A stretch of DNA of 54,434 nucleotides from Candidatus Methylomirabilota bacterium (GTDB lineage Bacteria; Methylomirabilota; Methylomirabilia; Rokubacteriales; DASRDR01), in assembly GCA_036001225.1 (NCBI GenBank), contig DASYUM010000130.1:1-54434 (forward strand), in the 5' to 3' direction. Positions within the stretch are counted from its first letter, which is position 1; each line of letters starts with the position of its first letter. The translations under genes were made by a program, and so were the position numbers. Under the pieces are notes generated by a model. It had not been told where the DNA came from. It saw nothing but the letters and a program-made list of their open reading frames with translations, and did not search any database. Shown piece after piece: positions 32,266-47,617 of the stretch.

Positions 32266-32279
32266 GCATAAATCGTGCC
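32266..32279 (-). promoter_or_regulatory. candidate sigma54-type -24/-12 element upstream of lptC (weaker match)
   Basis: Minus strand reads tcGGCACGatttaTGCta. GG and GC are correctly spaced. It lies in an unusually AT-rich 98-bp gap, 45 nt upstream of the lptC ATG. Confidence 0.3.
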
Positions 32280-32319
32280 GAGTGTAAACGGCCCCCGCAA
32301 CGCCGGCCGGCCACCCGCT

Positions 32320-32844
32320 TCAGATCGGCCACCGGCCCCGGGCGCGCAGGAGGGCTTCGATCACCTCACGGACTGCGCCCCGCCCGCCGGGGGCGCGGCT
32401 CACCCAGTCCGCCGCGCGGCGAACCTCGGCGACGGCGTCGGCCGGAGCGATGGCCATGCCGACCCGACGCAGCAGCGGCAGGTCGGCCAGGTCGTCGCCC
32501 ATGCCGGCGACCTCGGCGTCGCGGCAGCCCAGCCGCGCGCGCAGGCTTTCGTAGACGGCCAGCTTGTCGGCGGCCGCCTGGTGGACCTCGGTGAGCCCCA
32601 GCTCGGCGCAGCGACGGGCGACCGCGTCCGACTTCCGCGAGGAGACGATGGCGATCGGGAGACCCGCCGCCACTGCCCGGGCCAGCGCCAGGCCGTCCCG
32701 GACATCGAAGCGCTTCCACTCCGCGCCGTCGGGACCGTAATAGAGGCCGCCGTCGGTGAGGACGCCGTCCACGTCGAGGACCAGGAGGCGGATCCGACGG
32801 AGGCGGGCCGTCGACGGCGCCCGGCCACGGGAGCGGGCCGCCAC
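32320..32844 (-). CDS. kdsC: 3-deoxy-D-manno-octulosonate 8-phosphate phosphatase
   Basis: HAD motif LLVLDVDGVLTDG...GDDLADLP. Confidence 0.8.
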   Translation of the reverse strand: MAARSRGRAPSTARLRRIRLLVLDVDGVLTDGGLYYGPDGAEWKRFDVRDGLALARAVAAGLPIAIVSSRKSDAVARRCAELGLTEVHQAAADKLAVYESLRARLGCRDAEVAGMGDDLADLPLLRRVGMAIAPADAVAEVRRAADWVSRAPGGRGAVREVIEALLRARGRWPI

Positions 32845-32846
32845 GG

Positions 32847-33809
32847 CTAAGCGATCTTCGCGCGCAACAGGTCGTGCAGGTGGAGGATGCCGTCCGGCCG
32901 GCCGGCGTCATCGACGATGAGGAGCTGGGTGATCGCATGGCGCTCCATCAGCCCGAGCGCCGCCGCCGCCAGCTCCGTGCGCCCGACTGTCTTCGGGGAG
33001 CGCGTCATCACCGCGCTCACCACCGCCGGTAGCGCGCCTCTTCCCCGCTGGACGGCACGCCGCAAATCGCCGTCGGTCACGATCCCCACCACGACGCCGC
33101 CGGCGTCCACCACCGCGGTCGCCCCGAGCTGCTTGGCCGTCATCTCGCGCACGGCCGCGTCGAGGGTCGCGTCCTCGCCGACCACCGGGATCGCGGGCCC
33201 GCGGTGCATCAGCTCCTCGACCCGGGTGAGCCGTCGGCCGAGCGCGCCACCGGGATGGAGGCGGACGACGTCCTGGGGCTGGATCCCCCGCCGCACGAGG
33301 AGCGCCACCGCCAGCGCGTCGCCGAGCGCGGCGGCGGCGGTGGTCGAGGCGGTCGGCGTCAGGTTGAGCGGACAGGCCTCTTCGCGGACCGAGACGTCGA
33401 GCACGACGTCGCCGTGCTGGGCCAGACGGGAGCCCGGGTCGCCGGTCAGGACGACGAGCGGCACGCCGAGCCGCTTGATCGCCGGGAGCAACGCCAGCAG
33501 CTCGTCGGTCTCGCCGCTGTTGGAGAGCGCGATCACCACGTCGCCGCGGACCAGCATCCCGAGGTCGCCGTGGGCGCCGTCGGCCGGATGGAGGAAGAGG
33601 GCGGGCGTCCCGGTGGCGGCGAGCGTCGCCGCGAGCTTCTTGCCGACCAGTCCCGACTTGCCCATCCCGGTCACCACCACCCGCCCGCGGCAGGCCCCCA
33701 GCAGCTCGACCGCCCGCACGAACCGCGCGTCCAGCCGTTCGCCGAGCGCGCGGACCGCCTCCGCTTCGATGTCGAGGACGCGGCGGGCCGCCTTCAGGAC
33801 TTCGTCCAT
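32847..33809 (-). CDS. kdsD: arabinose-5-phosphate isomerase (SIS plus tandem CBS)
   Basis: VVVTGMGKSGLVGKKLAATLAATGTPA SIS domain plus a CBS pair. Start MDEVLKAARRVLD overlaps the kdsA stop. Confidence 0.85.
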   Translation of the reverse strand: MDEVLKAARRVLDIEAEAVRALGERLDARFVRAVELLGACRGRVVVTGMGKSGLVGKKLAATLAATGTPALFLHPADGAHGDLGMLVRGDVVIALSNSGETDELLALLPAIKRLGVPLVVLTGDPGSRLAQHGDVVLDVSVREEACPLNLTPTASTTAAAALGDALAVALLVRRGIQPQDVVRLHPGGALGRRLTRVEELMHRGPAIPVVGEDATLDAAVREMTAKQLGATAVVDAGGVVVGIVTDGDLRRAVQRGRGALPAVVSAVMTRSPKTVGRTELAAAALGLMERHAITQLLIVDDAGRPDGILHLHDLLRAKIA

Positions 33810-34639
33810 CAGCGGAGCGCCTCCCGGATCGCTTGCACCTCGTCCAGCAAGCGCGGCAGCTCGGCCAGCGGGAGCATGGTGGCCCCGTCCGAGGGGGCGC
33901 GGTCGGGGTCTTCGTGCACTTCCATGAAGAGCGCGTCCACGCCGAAGGCCACCGCGGCCCGGGCGAGCCCGGCGACGTACCGACGCTCGCCCCCGGAGCG
34001 CGTCCCCTCGCCCCCCGGGAGCTGGACGGCGTGGGTCGCGTCGAAGACGACCGGGGTGCCGAAGCCCCGCATGATCGCCAGCGCCCGCAAGTCCACCACC
34101 AGGTTGTTGTAGCCGAAGGTCGCGCCCCGCTCGGTCAGCGTCACGGCCCGGCAGCCCGAGGCCCGCAGCTTCTCGACGACGTTGCCCATGTCCCAGGGCG
34201 CCATGAACTGACCCTTCTTGACGTTGACCGGCCGGCCGCTCCGGCCGCAGGCCACCACCAGGTCGGTCTGGCGACAGAGGAACGCCGGCACCTGGAGGCA
34301 ATCGAGGATTTCCGCCGCTGCCGGCACCTCGTCGGGCAGATGGACGTCGGAAAGGACGGGACAGCCGGTCGCGTCTCTCACGCGGGCGAGGATCCGCAAC
34401 CCCTCGCGGAGGCCGGGCCCCCGGTACGAGGGAAGCGAGGAGCGATTGGCCTTGTCATAGGACGACTTGTAGACGAACGGCACCTTGGCCTCGCCGGTCA
34501 TGCGCACGAGCCGCTCCGCGGTGCGGAGGGCGTGAGCCTCGTCCTCGATGGCGCAGGGACCCGCGATCAGGACGAGCGGGGCCCCGCCTCCCACCGGGAC
34601 GGGGCCGATGCGGACCGGGACCGTCGCCGCGTCGACCAT
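33809..34639 (-). CDS. kdsA: 2-dehydro-3-deoxyphosphooctonate aldolase (KDO8P synthase)
   Basis: GPCAIEDE...KSSYDKANRSS...GERRYV, the DAHP-synthase-I-family TIM barrel. 276 aa. Confidence 0.9.
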   Translation of the reverse strand: MVDAATVPVRIGPVPVGGGAPLVLIAGPCAIEDEAHALRTAERLVRMTGEAKVPFVYKSSYDKANRSSLPSYRGPGLREGLRILARVRDATGCPVLSDVHLPDEVPAAAEILDCLQVPAFLCRQTDLVVACGRSGRPVNVKKGQFMAPWDMGNVVEKLRASGCRAVTLTERGATFGYNNLVVDLRALAIMRGFGTPVVFDATHAVQLPGGEGTRSGGERRYVAGLARAAVAFGVDALFMEVHEDPDRAPSDGATMLPLAELPRLLDEVQAIREALR

Positions 34640-34649
34640 CGAGCGCCGG

Positions 34650-37964
<3,315 letters not shown>

Positions 37965-37981
<17 letters not shown>

Positions 37982-38070
37982 CTCTGCGTCCTCGGCCCTC
38001 GCCGCGCCTCAACGTATGCGGCATACGCCTCGGCGCGTCTCGGGCCTGCGTCCTTGATCTGCTCGGGTCT
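37965..38070 (-). repeat. R-element copy R3 (xerD–polyA-polymerase intergenic; includes the first codons of the downstream gene)
   Basis: Reverse complement aligns to R1 from ccgagcag... through ...gagatgcgacgg. Palindrome acgtatgcggcatacgc at 38012-38028. Confidence 0.7.
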
Positions 38071-38083
38071 TGTCACGGCCTGC

Positions 38084-38986
38084 TCACTGAGCGCGGGGGT
38101 GAAAGCGGCGATACATCTCGCGGACCGCGTCCGTCGGCAGGTGCGTGTAGATCTCGGTCGTCCCGATGTCGGCGTGACCGAGGAGGGCCTGGACCGAGCG
38201 GAGGTCGGCCCCACCCTGGAGCAGGTGGCTGGCAAAGGAGTGCCGCAGCGCGTGGGGGAAGGCCCGCGCGAGCCCGAGCCGCCGGGCGTACGCCCGGACC
38301 AGCGCCCACAACCCCTGACGGGACAGCGGGCGGCCGCGATGGTTGACGAAGAGGACCCCGGGGTCGGCGCCCCGGACGAGCGACGCCCGGCCGCCCGCCA
38401 GGTACGCGTGGACGGCCGCCCGCGCGCGGGCGCCCAGCGGGACCAGGCGCTGTCGCGACCCCTTGCCGTGACAGACGACGAACTGTCCCTGGAGGTCCAG
38501 ATCGCCGGGTCGGAGACCGACGATCTCCGACGCGCGGAGCCCGGAGCCGTACAGCAATTCGAGGATCGCGCGATCGCGCCGCGCCGCCGGCGCCGGGCCC
38601 CCTGCCGCTTCCACCAGGGCGGCCGCGTCGTCGCGGGAGAGCGCCCGCGGAAGCCGCCGCGGCGGTCGGGGGGTCTCCAGCAGGGCCGCCGGGTCGGCGG
38701 CCACTCGGCGCGCGACGCGGGCGAAGCGATAGAGGCCCCGGATGGCCGCGATCTGACGGGCCAGGCTACGCGGGCCCAGACCCGCGGCGTGGAGCGCGCC
38801 GAGATGCGCGGCGAGGTCGGCGGGGCGGGCGGTCTCGAGGGTCCGGCGGCGATGGCCGAGGAAGGCGGCGAGCCGGCGGAGGTCCCGCCGGTAGGCGCTC
38901 ACGGTGAGCGGTGACGCCCCCTGTTCGACCTGGAGGGTCTGGAGGTACTCGTCCACGAGGTCTCCGGGCTCGGCATGCCGCGTCAT
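38084..38986 (-). CDS. xerD: tyrosine recombinase XerC/XerD
   Basis: R...HxxR...Y catalytic residues (ALRHSFASHLL...GHADIGTTEIYTH). 300 aa. Confidence 0.85.
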   Translation of the reverse strand: MTRHAEPGDLVDEYLQTLQVEQGASPLTVSAYRRDLRRLAAFLGHRRRTLETARPADLAAHLGALHAAGLGPRSLARQIAAIRGLYRFARVARRVAADPAALLETPRPPRRLPRALSRDDAAALVEAAGGPAPAARRDRAILELLYGSGLRASEIVGLRPGDLDLQGQFVVCHGKGSRQRLVPLGARARAAVHAYLAGGRASLVRGADPGVLFVNHRGRPLSRQGLWALVRAYARRLGLARAFPHALRHSFASHLLQGGADLRSVQALLGHADIGTTEIYTHLPTDAVREMYRRFHPRAQ

Positions 38987-39432
38987 CCCTGCTCGCGAGA
39001 GTCCAGGAGAATGGTGACCGGGCCGTCGTTGGCGAGGCGGACGACCATCCGGGCGCCGAAGCGCCCCTCCACGACCGGCACCCCGCCCGCGCGGAGCTGG
39101 CTCGCGACGTCGGAAACGAGCGGCGCCGCGACGTCCGGGGCTGCCGCCTGCAGAAAGTCGGGCCGCCGGCCCCGAGCGGTGTTGGCGAGGAGGGTGAACT
39201 GCGAGACCAGCAGACAGGCCCCGCTCGTGGTCAGGAGCGAGTGGTTCAGCTTCCCCTGGTGATCGTCGAAGATGCGGAGGTGGAGAATCTTCTCGGCGAG
39301 GTAGCGGCTGTCCCGGGGCCCGTCCCCTTGCGCCACGCCGACCAGGGTGACGACCCCCCGGTCGATTCTGCCGATCACCTGATCATCGGCCTCGACCGAG
39401 GCTTCGATCACGCGCTGGAGCAGGGCCCGCAT
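38983..39432 (-). CDS. dtd: D-aminoacyl-tRNA deacylase
   Basis: MRALLQRV...SGACLLVSQFTL DTD fold. Overlaps the xerD start by 4 nt. Confidence 0.85.
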   Translation of the reverse strand: MRALLQRVIEASVEADDQVIGRIDRGVVTLVGVAQGDGPRDSRYLAEKILHLRIFDDHQGKLNHSLLTTSGACLLVSQFTLLANTARGRRPDFLQAAAPDVAAPLVSDVASQLRAGGVPVVEGRFGARMVVRLANDGPVTILLDSREQG

Positions 39433-39469
39433 CCGTGCCTACCCGCGCAGTATACCAACCGGGCGCGGC

Positions 39470-41098
39470 TCAAGGCAAGCGAACCGGGGCACGACCGAGT
39501 CGCCCCCGCAGGCGCGCGCGCACCGCCGTCGCCTCCTCGGTGCCCAGCATCGCGTGGGCCGCCGCGTAGACGAGCGCGCCGCCGGCGATCATCACCGCCA
39601 GCCAACCCGCCTCGGCCAGCCGCGCCGCCGGTGGGGGCCACAGCCAGCGAGTGGCGAGCAGGGCCAGGGCCAGCGCCGTCGAGGCGACGCCGATCTGCGC
39701 CCACCCCCGCCGGGCTCCGGCGACCGCGCCCCCGCCGACCCGACGACGGAGGAGCCAGGCCAGGGCCAACGCGTTCACGGTCGCCGAGCAGGAGGTGGCC
39801 AGCGCCAGCCCCCCGTGCCGGAGGGGGAAGGCGAGGCTGACGGCCAGGATGCTGTTGAGCACCATCGCGGCGATCGCGACCTTGACCGGCGTCCGCGTGT
39901 CGCCGAGCGCGTAGAAGCCCTGGGCGCCGATCTTGGCGCTGGCGAATCCGAGCAGGCCGAGGGTGTAGAAGCCGAGGGCCCATGCCGTCTGCGTCGTTTC
40001 CACCGGGCCGAATTCGCCGCGCTGGTACAGGACGCGGACCAGCGGCTCCCGGAGCACCAGCAGCCCGATGGCGGCCGGCACCAGGATGAACGCGGCCAGG
40101 CGATGGGCAAAGGCCAGGGTCGCCCGGAGGGCGGCGACGTCACCGCTGGCCGCCTGTTCGGAGAGCGTCGGCAGCACCGCGGTGGCCACCGCGATGCCGA
40201 ACACCCCGAGCGGGAACTCGACGAGGCGGTCGGCGTAGTAGAGGTAGGAGACGCTCCCCCCGACCAGGAACGAGGCGATGATCGTGTCCACCAGGATGTT
40301 GAGCTGGCTCGCCGACTGCCCGACCGCGACGGGGGCCAGGAGGCGCACGATTCGCGTCACCGCCGGATGCCGGCGATCGAGCACGGGCGCCACCAGGAGC
40401 CCGCGGCGGGCCAGGGCCGGGAGCTGGATCGCCGCCTGCCCCACCCCTCCCACCAGGACGCCGACCGCCAGCCCGAACACCGGCTCGGCCAGGTGGGGGA
40501 CCAGGCCGAAGACGGCGCCGATGATCGCCAGGTTCAGCATGATCGGCGCCAGGGCGGGCATCAGGAAGTGACGGTGAGCGTTCAGCATGCCCATCCCGAG
40601 CGCGGCCAGGCCGACGAAGAAGAGGTAGGGAAACATCACCCGGGTCAGCCGGACGGTGAGAACCCCCGTGGTGGCATCGCTGAAGAAGCCCGGCGCCATC
40701 ACGCGGACGAGCGCCGGGGCGGCCAGCACGCCGGCCACGGTGAGCCCGGCCAGGACCGCGACCAGCCCCCCGGCGACGGCCCGGAACATCCGCAGGACCT
40801 CGGGCCGGGGCCGGGTCGTGAGGTATTCCGTGAACACGGGAATGAACGCCGAGGAGAGCGCGCCTTCGGCCACCAGACGCCGGAGCAGGTTCGGCAGCCG
40901 GAAGGCGACGAAGAACGCGTCGGTGGCGGGGCCGGCACCGAACGCCTGGGCGACCACCATGTCCCGCACGAAGCCGAGGACACGGCTCACCAGCGTGGCG
41001 CCGCCGACCACCGCCGCCGCTCGCACGACACCACCTCGGGCGCCGACCGGCGGGGCGAGGCTGGCGTCGGCGGTCAGGCTCGGCTCGTCGCTTGACAC
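39470..41098 (-). CDS. murJ: lipid II flippase MurJ (MviN)
   Basis: 14-TM MOP-superfamily protein (LVSRVLGFVRDMVVAQAFGAG...FRLPNLLRRL). Confidence 0.85.
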   Translation of the reverse strand: MSSDEPSLTADASLAPPVGARGGVVRAAAVVGGATLVSRVLGFVRDMVVAQAFGAGPATDAFFVAFRLPNLLRRLVAEGALSSAFIPVFTEYLTTRPRPEVLRMFRAVAGGLVAVLAGLTVAGVLAAPALVRVMAPGFFSDATTGVLTVRLTRVMFPYLFFVGLAALGMGMLNAHRHFLMPALAPIMLNLAIIGAVFGLVPHLAEPVFGLAVGVLVGGVGQAAIQLPALARRGLLVAPVLDRRHPAVTRIVRLLAPVAVGQSASQLNILVDTIIASFLVGGSVSYLYYADRLVEFPLGVFGIAVATAVLPTLSEQAASGDVAALRATLAFAHRLAAFILVPAAIGLLVLREPLVRVLYQRGEFGPVETTQTAWALGFYTLGLLGFASAKIGAQGFYALGDTRTPVKVAIAAMVLNSILAVSLAFPLRHGGLALATSCSATVNALALAWLLRRRVGGGAVAGARRGWAQIGVASTALALALLATRWLWPPPAARLAEAGWLAVMIAGGALVYAAAHAMLGTEEATAVRARLRGRLGRAPVRLP

Positions 41099-41117
41099 GA
41101 TCGGAGGCGCACGGTAG

Positions 41118-41134
41118 AGTCGCGATTCGCGACT
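41118..41134. promoter_or_regulatory. 17-bp perfect palindrome AGTCGCGA-T-TCGCGACT in the divergent murJ/rpsT region
   Basis: agtcgcgattcgcgact. Two 8-bp arms are exactly inverted around one base, about 35 nt upstream of the rpsT GTG. Confidence 0.45.
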
Positions 41135-41167
41135 ATCCAGCCGGTGTTCGCCGAAGGAGGTGATTCC

Positions 41168-41464
41168 GTGGCCAACATCCGATCAGCGCAGAAACGCATA
41201 CGGCAGAACGAGCGACGCCGCCTGCGGAACGCCGCCGTCCGCTCCAACGTCCGCTCTGCGGTCAAGAGCGTGCGCACGGCGCTCGGCGCCGCGTCGGTCG
41301 ACGAGGCCCGCGCCACCCTCGCTCGGACCATTCGCGTCCTCGACAAGGCCGTCACCAAGGGCATCCTGCACAAGAACGCGGCCGCCCGCCGCAAGTCCCG
41401 CCTGACGCGTCAGCTCAACGCGCTGAGCAAGCCGAAGCCGGCGTCCGCCGCGCGCGGCGCCTGA
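41168..41464 (+). CDS. rpsT: 30S ribosomal protein S20
   Basis: VANIRSAQKRIRQNERRR. GTG start, preceded by GAAGGAGG. Confidence 0.85.
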   Translation: MANIRSAQKRIRQNERRRLRNAAVRSNVRSAVKSVRTALGAASVDEARATLARTIRVLDKAVTKGILHKNAAARRKSRLTRQLNALSKPKPASAARGA

Positions 41465-41569
41465 CCCGCGCGGGCGCCGGACGCCGGCAACACCCGAATA
41501 TCCGCGTCCCCCGCGGGAAGCCGGCGCCCCCCGCCGCTCGGGCGCCGGCGACGCCCGGGCCAGCCGGCG

Positions 41570-42598
41570 TCACGCGCGGGCCACGTCAGCCACCAGGGCG
41601 GTCAGCAGGGCTCGCGGCTCGCCCTCGCCCGACTTCAGCCGCCGCTCGACCTCGAAGCAACGGGCGACCGCCGTCTCGAGGGCGGCGCCGGAGACGGCCC
41701 GCGCCCGCGCCATCAGCCGCTCGACCGCGAAGGGCGGCCGGCGCCGGGGGAGGAGCCCGGCGATCTGCCGGGCGTCCCGCTCCTCGGCCAGCCCGGCCTT
41801 CACCCGCCACACGTCGCGCAGGTAGCCGACGACCTGGCCCAGGAGCGGCGTCGGCTCCTCACCGGCGGCTAGGAGCTGGTCGAGGACGCGGAGCGCGCGG
41901 GGCCGGTCCCCGTCCTCCAGCGCTTGGCCGAGCTCCCAGTACTGCCGGACGCGGCTCTCGCCGACCAGGGCGAGCACGACCTCCTCGGTCACCCGCCCGT
42001 CCGGGCCGACGAAGACCGCCGCCTTCGCCAGTTCGCCGGCCAGACGGCTGAGGTCTTCCCCGACCAGCGCGAGGAGCGCCTCGGCCGCGCCCGGCGTGAG
42101 CGTGAGCCCGGCGGCCTGCGCCCGCGCCTGGAGCCAGCCCGCCACGGCCCGGCCGGCCGGCGGTCGCGCCTCGATGTGCTCCGCTTCGGGCAGCAGCCGG
42201 AGGGCCGGGCTCTTCCGGTCGAGCGCCCCCGCCACCAGCAGCACCGTGACCCCGTCGGCCGGCCAGCCCCCGGGCTGGGCGCGCGCCCCCTCGATGGCGA
42301 CCCGGAGCCGCTCGATCGCCTTGGCCCCCAGTTCGCCGAGTCCCCGCACCAGGAGCAGCTGCCGGTCGCCGAAGAGGGGAAGGGTGAGCCCGGCCATCAC
42401 CACGGCCTCCGGCGTCGCGCCGTCGGCGTAGAGGACCTCGCGATTCCAGGCGGCCCCGGCCCGATCGGGGAGCACCGCCGCCGTGACGCGCTCGACCAGC
42501 TCGTCGAGCAGGATTGGCTCCGGGCCGTGAAGGAGGAGGAGGCGGGGGATCCGACCGGCGGCGAGGTCTCGGAGGAGGGCAGGCGCCTCCAGCGTCAA
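41570..42598 (-). CDS. holA: DNA polymerase III delta subunit
   Basis: 342-aa AAA-lid/clamp-loader delta architecture. Lies downstream of lptE, as in the conserved leuS–lptE–holA cluster. Confidence 0.7.
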   Translation of the reverse strand: MTLEAPALLRDLAAGRIPRLLLLHGPEPILLDELVERVTAAVLPDRAGAAWNREVLYADGATPEAVVMAGLTLPLFGDRQLLLVRGLGELGAKAIERLRVAIEGARAQPGGWPADGVTVLLVAGALDRKSPALRLLPEAEHIEARPPAGRAVAGWLQARAQAAGLTLTPGAAEALLALVGEDLSRLAGELAKAAVFVGPDGRVTEEVVLALVGESRVRQYWELGQALEDGDRPRALRVLDQLLAAGEEPTPLLGQVVGYLRDVWRVKAGLAEERDARQIAGLLPRRRPPFAVERLMARARAVSGAALETAVARCFEVERRLKSGEGEPRALLTALVADVARA

Positions 42599-43100
42599 AA
42601 CCCTTCGAACGCCAAGCTGACGATCGCTCGCGCCACGTCCACCGCAGCTCGCCGCACCGCGTCCTGCTCGCGGGCCAGGGTCTGGGTCACCTGCCCGCTC
42701 ACCGGGAAGTCGGCCCGCTCCTCGATCCGGTCCTGCTTCCAGATGACCTCGTTTCGGTTCCGATCGCGCAGCGTGAGCGTGAGCCCGATCTGCAGGCGGT
42801 ACTGGGTCACGTTGGCGGTGCGGTCGAACGCCAGCGACGTCAGAGAATACTCCACGATCGCGCCTTCCAGGATGGCGTCGGCCCGGTCTGCCTCCACGAT
42901 CCGGGCGAGGCCGCTCGTGACGATGGCCTGGGTGAGCGCCTGGGTGATGAAGTCCTCGATGCCCGGCTCCTGCGTGCGGTTCTGGAGCACCGGGATGTGG
43001 ACGGTCTTGATGTTGGCGGGCAGACTGGGCCGCAGCGTGTAGCCGCAGCCGCCGGCGGCGAGCGCGACGACCACGAGCGCGGCCAGGGCGGCGCCCCGGG

Positions 43101-43104
<4 letters not shown>
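42595..43104 (-). CDS. lptE: LPS-assembly lipoprotein LptE (RlpB)
   Basis: Lipobox LAAGGC followed by an LptE fold. GTG start forms GTGA with the leuS stop. Confidence 0.6.
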
Positions 43105-45602
<2,498 letters not shown>

Positions 45603-45656
45603 GGTTACCGTGGAGTTTTAGCAGAGATCGGGCCAGGACGCAAGTTTGGCGGGCAC

Positions 45657-47534
45657 TTACGGCGAGGTCGCGGCCGCCGTTTCGCCCCCGTCGGGTGCCT
45701 CGTCCACCTGGACCGCCGTGACCGCCAGCTTGGGATGGAAGAACTCGTGGATCCGCTGGGCGAGCTTGGGCGTGATCTTCGGCACCGCGGCCAGCTCGGC
45801 GACCGAGGCCTCGCGGACCTTGCGGGCCGAGCCGAGATGGCGGAGCAGGTTCGTCCGGAGCGTGGGGCCCACGCCGGGAATCTGGTCGAGCACGGAGGTG
45901 AGCGTCCGCTTCTGCCGGAGCTTCTTGTGGTAGGTGATGGCGAAGCGGTGGGCCTCGTCCCGGATCTTCTGGAGCGTGTGGAGGGCGGGGGACGCGGGAT
46001 CGAGGACCAGCGGGTGGAGGCTCTCCGGGTGGTAGACCTCTTCCTCGCGCTTGGCCAGCGAGACGATGGGAACGAAGTCGAGCCCCAGCTCCTCCAGCAC
46101 CCGCAGCCCGACGTTGAGCTGGCCGCGGCCGCCGTCGAGCAAGACCAGGTCGGGGAGGATCGTCCCCTCCTCCAGCGCCTTGCCGTAGCGCCGGCGGAGG
46201 ACCTCGGCCATCATCGCGTAGTCGTCGGCGCCGGGGACGGTCCGGATGCGGAAGCGCTTGTAGTCGTCCTTCTTCATCCCGCCGCCTTCCCAGACCACCA
46301 TCGAGCCCACGGCTTCCGTGCCTTGGATGTTCGAGATGTCGAAGCCCTCGATGCGGTGTGGCAATCCCGGCAGGTTCAACGTCCGCAGGAGGTCCTCCAT
46401 CACCACCTGCCGGCGGCTGTCGCGGGAGAGGAGGTGGGTCTGGAGGGCGAGCGCCGCGTTCTCCTCGGCCATCCCCACCAGTTCGCGCTTCCGCCCCCGC
46501 TGGGGCACGGCCAGCTCGACCCGTCCGCCCCGCCGCTGGCCCAGCCACTCGGCGACCAGCTCGGCTTCCAGGATCGCGGTGGAGAGGAGGAGCTCGCGGG
46601 GCGGGACGACGTTCTTGGCGTAAAATTGGCGGATGAACGCCGACAGCACGTCGCCCTCGGTGGCCCCGAGGAGCCGGTCGAAGAAGAACGACTCGCGGCC
46701 GAGGAGCCGGCCCTTGCGCACGAAGAAGACCTGCACACACGCCTCGGACCCCTGGCGGGCGAGCCCGAGCAGGTCCTGGTCCTCGAGCTCGGTCGAGATG
46801 ATCTTCTGCGACTCCCGGACCTTGTGCAGGGCCTGGATCTGGTCGCGCAGGGCGGCCGCCCGCTCGTACTTCTCCTCGGCGGCGGCGGCCTCCATCTCGC
46901 GGGTGAGCCGGCGGGCCAGGTCGTCCTCCCGCCCCTCGAGGAACGCCTCGACGTCGGCCACCGTCTTGGCGTAGCCCTCGCGCGTCTCCCAGCCGGTACA
47001 GGGGGCGTTGCAGCGGTGGATGTAGTACTGGAGGCAGGGCCGATCGGCGGAGCCATCGATCTTGATCGAGCAGGTTCGGAGCGGGAACAGCTGGCGGACC
47101 AGCCGGAGCGTTTCCCGGAGGGCGGTGGCCGGGTAGAAGGGCCCGTAGTAGGTCGCCCCGTCCTTGGCGATCCGTCGGGCTACCATGAGCCGGGGGAACT
47201 CCTCGTTGGTGGTGAGCTTGAGGAAGGGGTAGTGCTTGTCGTCCCGGAGGATGATGTTGTAGCGGGGACGATGGCGCTTGACCAGGTTCGACTCGAGGAT
47301 CAGCGCTTCCAACTCGTTGGCGGTGACGATGTACTCGAGATCGGTGATCTGGTCCACCAGGGCGTCGGTCTTGGCGTCCCGGGCGCGGGAGAGCTGGAAA
47401 TACGACCGGACCCGGGCCTTCAGGGAAGCGGCCTTGCCGACGTAGATGACCTGGCCTTTGGCGTCCTTGTAGAAGTAGACTCCAGGCCGGTCGGGGAGGC
47501 GCTCGAGCTTCTCGGTCAGGGCGTCGGCGGACAC
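45657..47534 (-). CDS. uvrC: excinuclease ABC subunit C
   Basis: GIY-YIG N-terminus (PGVYFYKDAKGQVIYVGKA), a UvrBC domain and a C-terminal HhH. 625 aa. Confidence 0.9.
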   Translation of the reverse strand: MSADALTEKLERLPDRPGVYFYKDAKGQVIYVGKAASLKARVRSYFQLSRARDAKTDALVDQITDLEYIVTANELEALILESNLVKRHRPRYNIILRDDKHYPFLKLTTNEEFPRLMVARRIAKDGATYYGPFYPATALRETLRLVRQLFPLRTCSIKIDGSADRPCLQYYIHRCNAPCTGWETREGYAKTVADVEAFLEGREDDLARRLTREMEAAAAEEKYERAAALRDQIQALHKVRESQKIISTELEDQDLLGLARQGSEACVQVFFVRKGRLLGRESFFFDRLLGATEGDVLSAFIRQFYAKNVVPPRELLLSTAILEAELVAEWLGQRRGGRVELAVPQRGRKRELVGMAEENAALALQTHLLSRDSRRQVVMEDLLRTLNLPGLPHRIEGFDISNIQGTEAVGSMVVWEGGGMKKDDYKRFRIRTVPGADDYAMMAEVLRRRYGKALEEGTILPDLVLLDGGRGQLNVGLRVLEELGLDFVPIVSLAKREEEVYHPESLHPLVLDPASPALHTLQKIRDEAHRFAITYHKKLRQKRTLTSVLDQIPGVGPTLRTNLLRHLGSARKVREASVAELAAVPKITPKLAQRIHEFFHPKLAVTAVQVDEAPDGGETAAATSP

Positions 47535-47617
47535 GTCCCGATTGTCCTACAAGGCCCGAACCGGAGCCAGCCCGGGGCCCGCCCGCCGGCCCCGGGAGTG
47601 CATGGAGGCCCACGACC

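Noticed and set aside
38084-38986. xerD as the integrase of an integrative or mobile element.
   Set aside because: Its flanking genes (dtd, murJ, pyrG, kds genes) are core housekeeping genes in a conserved order. There is no tRNA, att-like direct repeat pair or cargo gene. The protein has the chromosomal XerC/XerD size and motifs.
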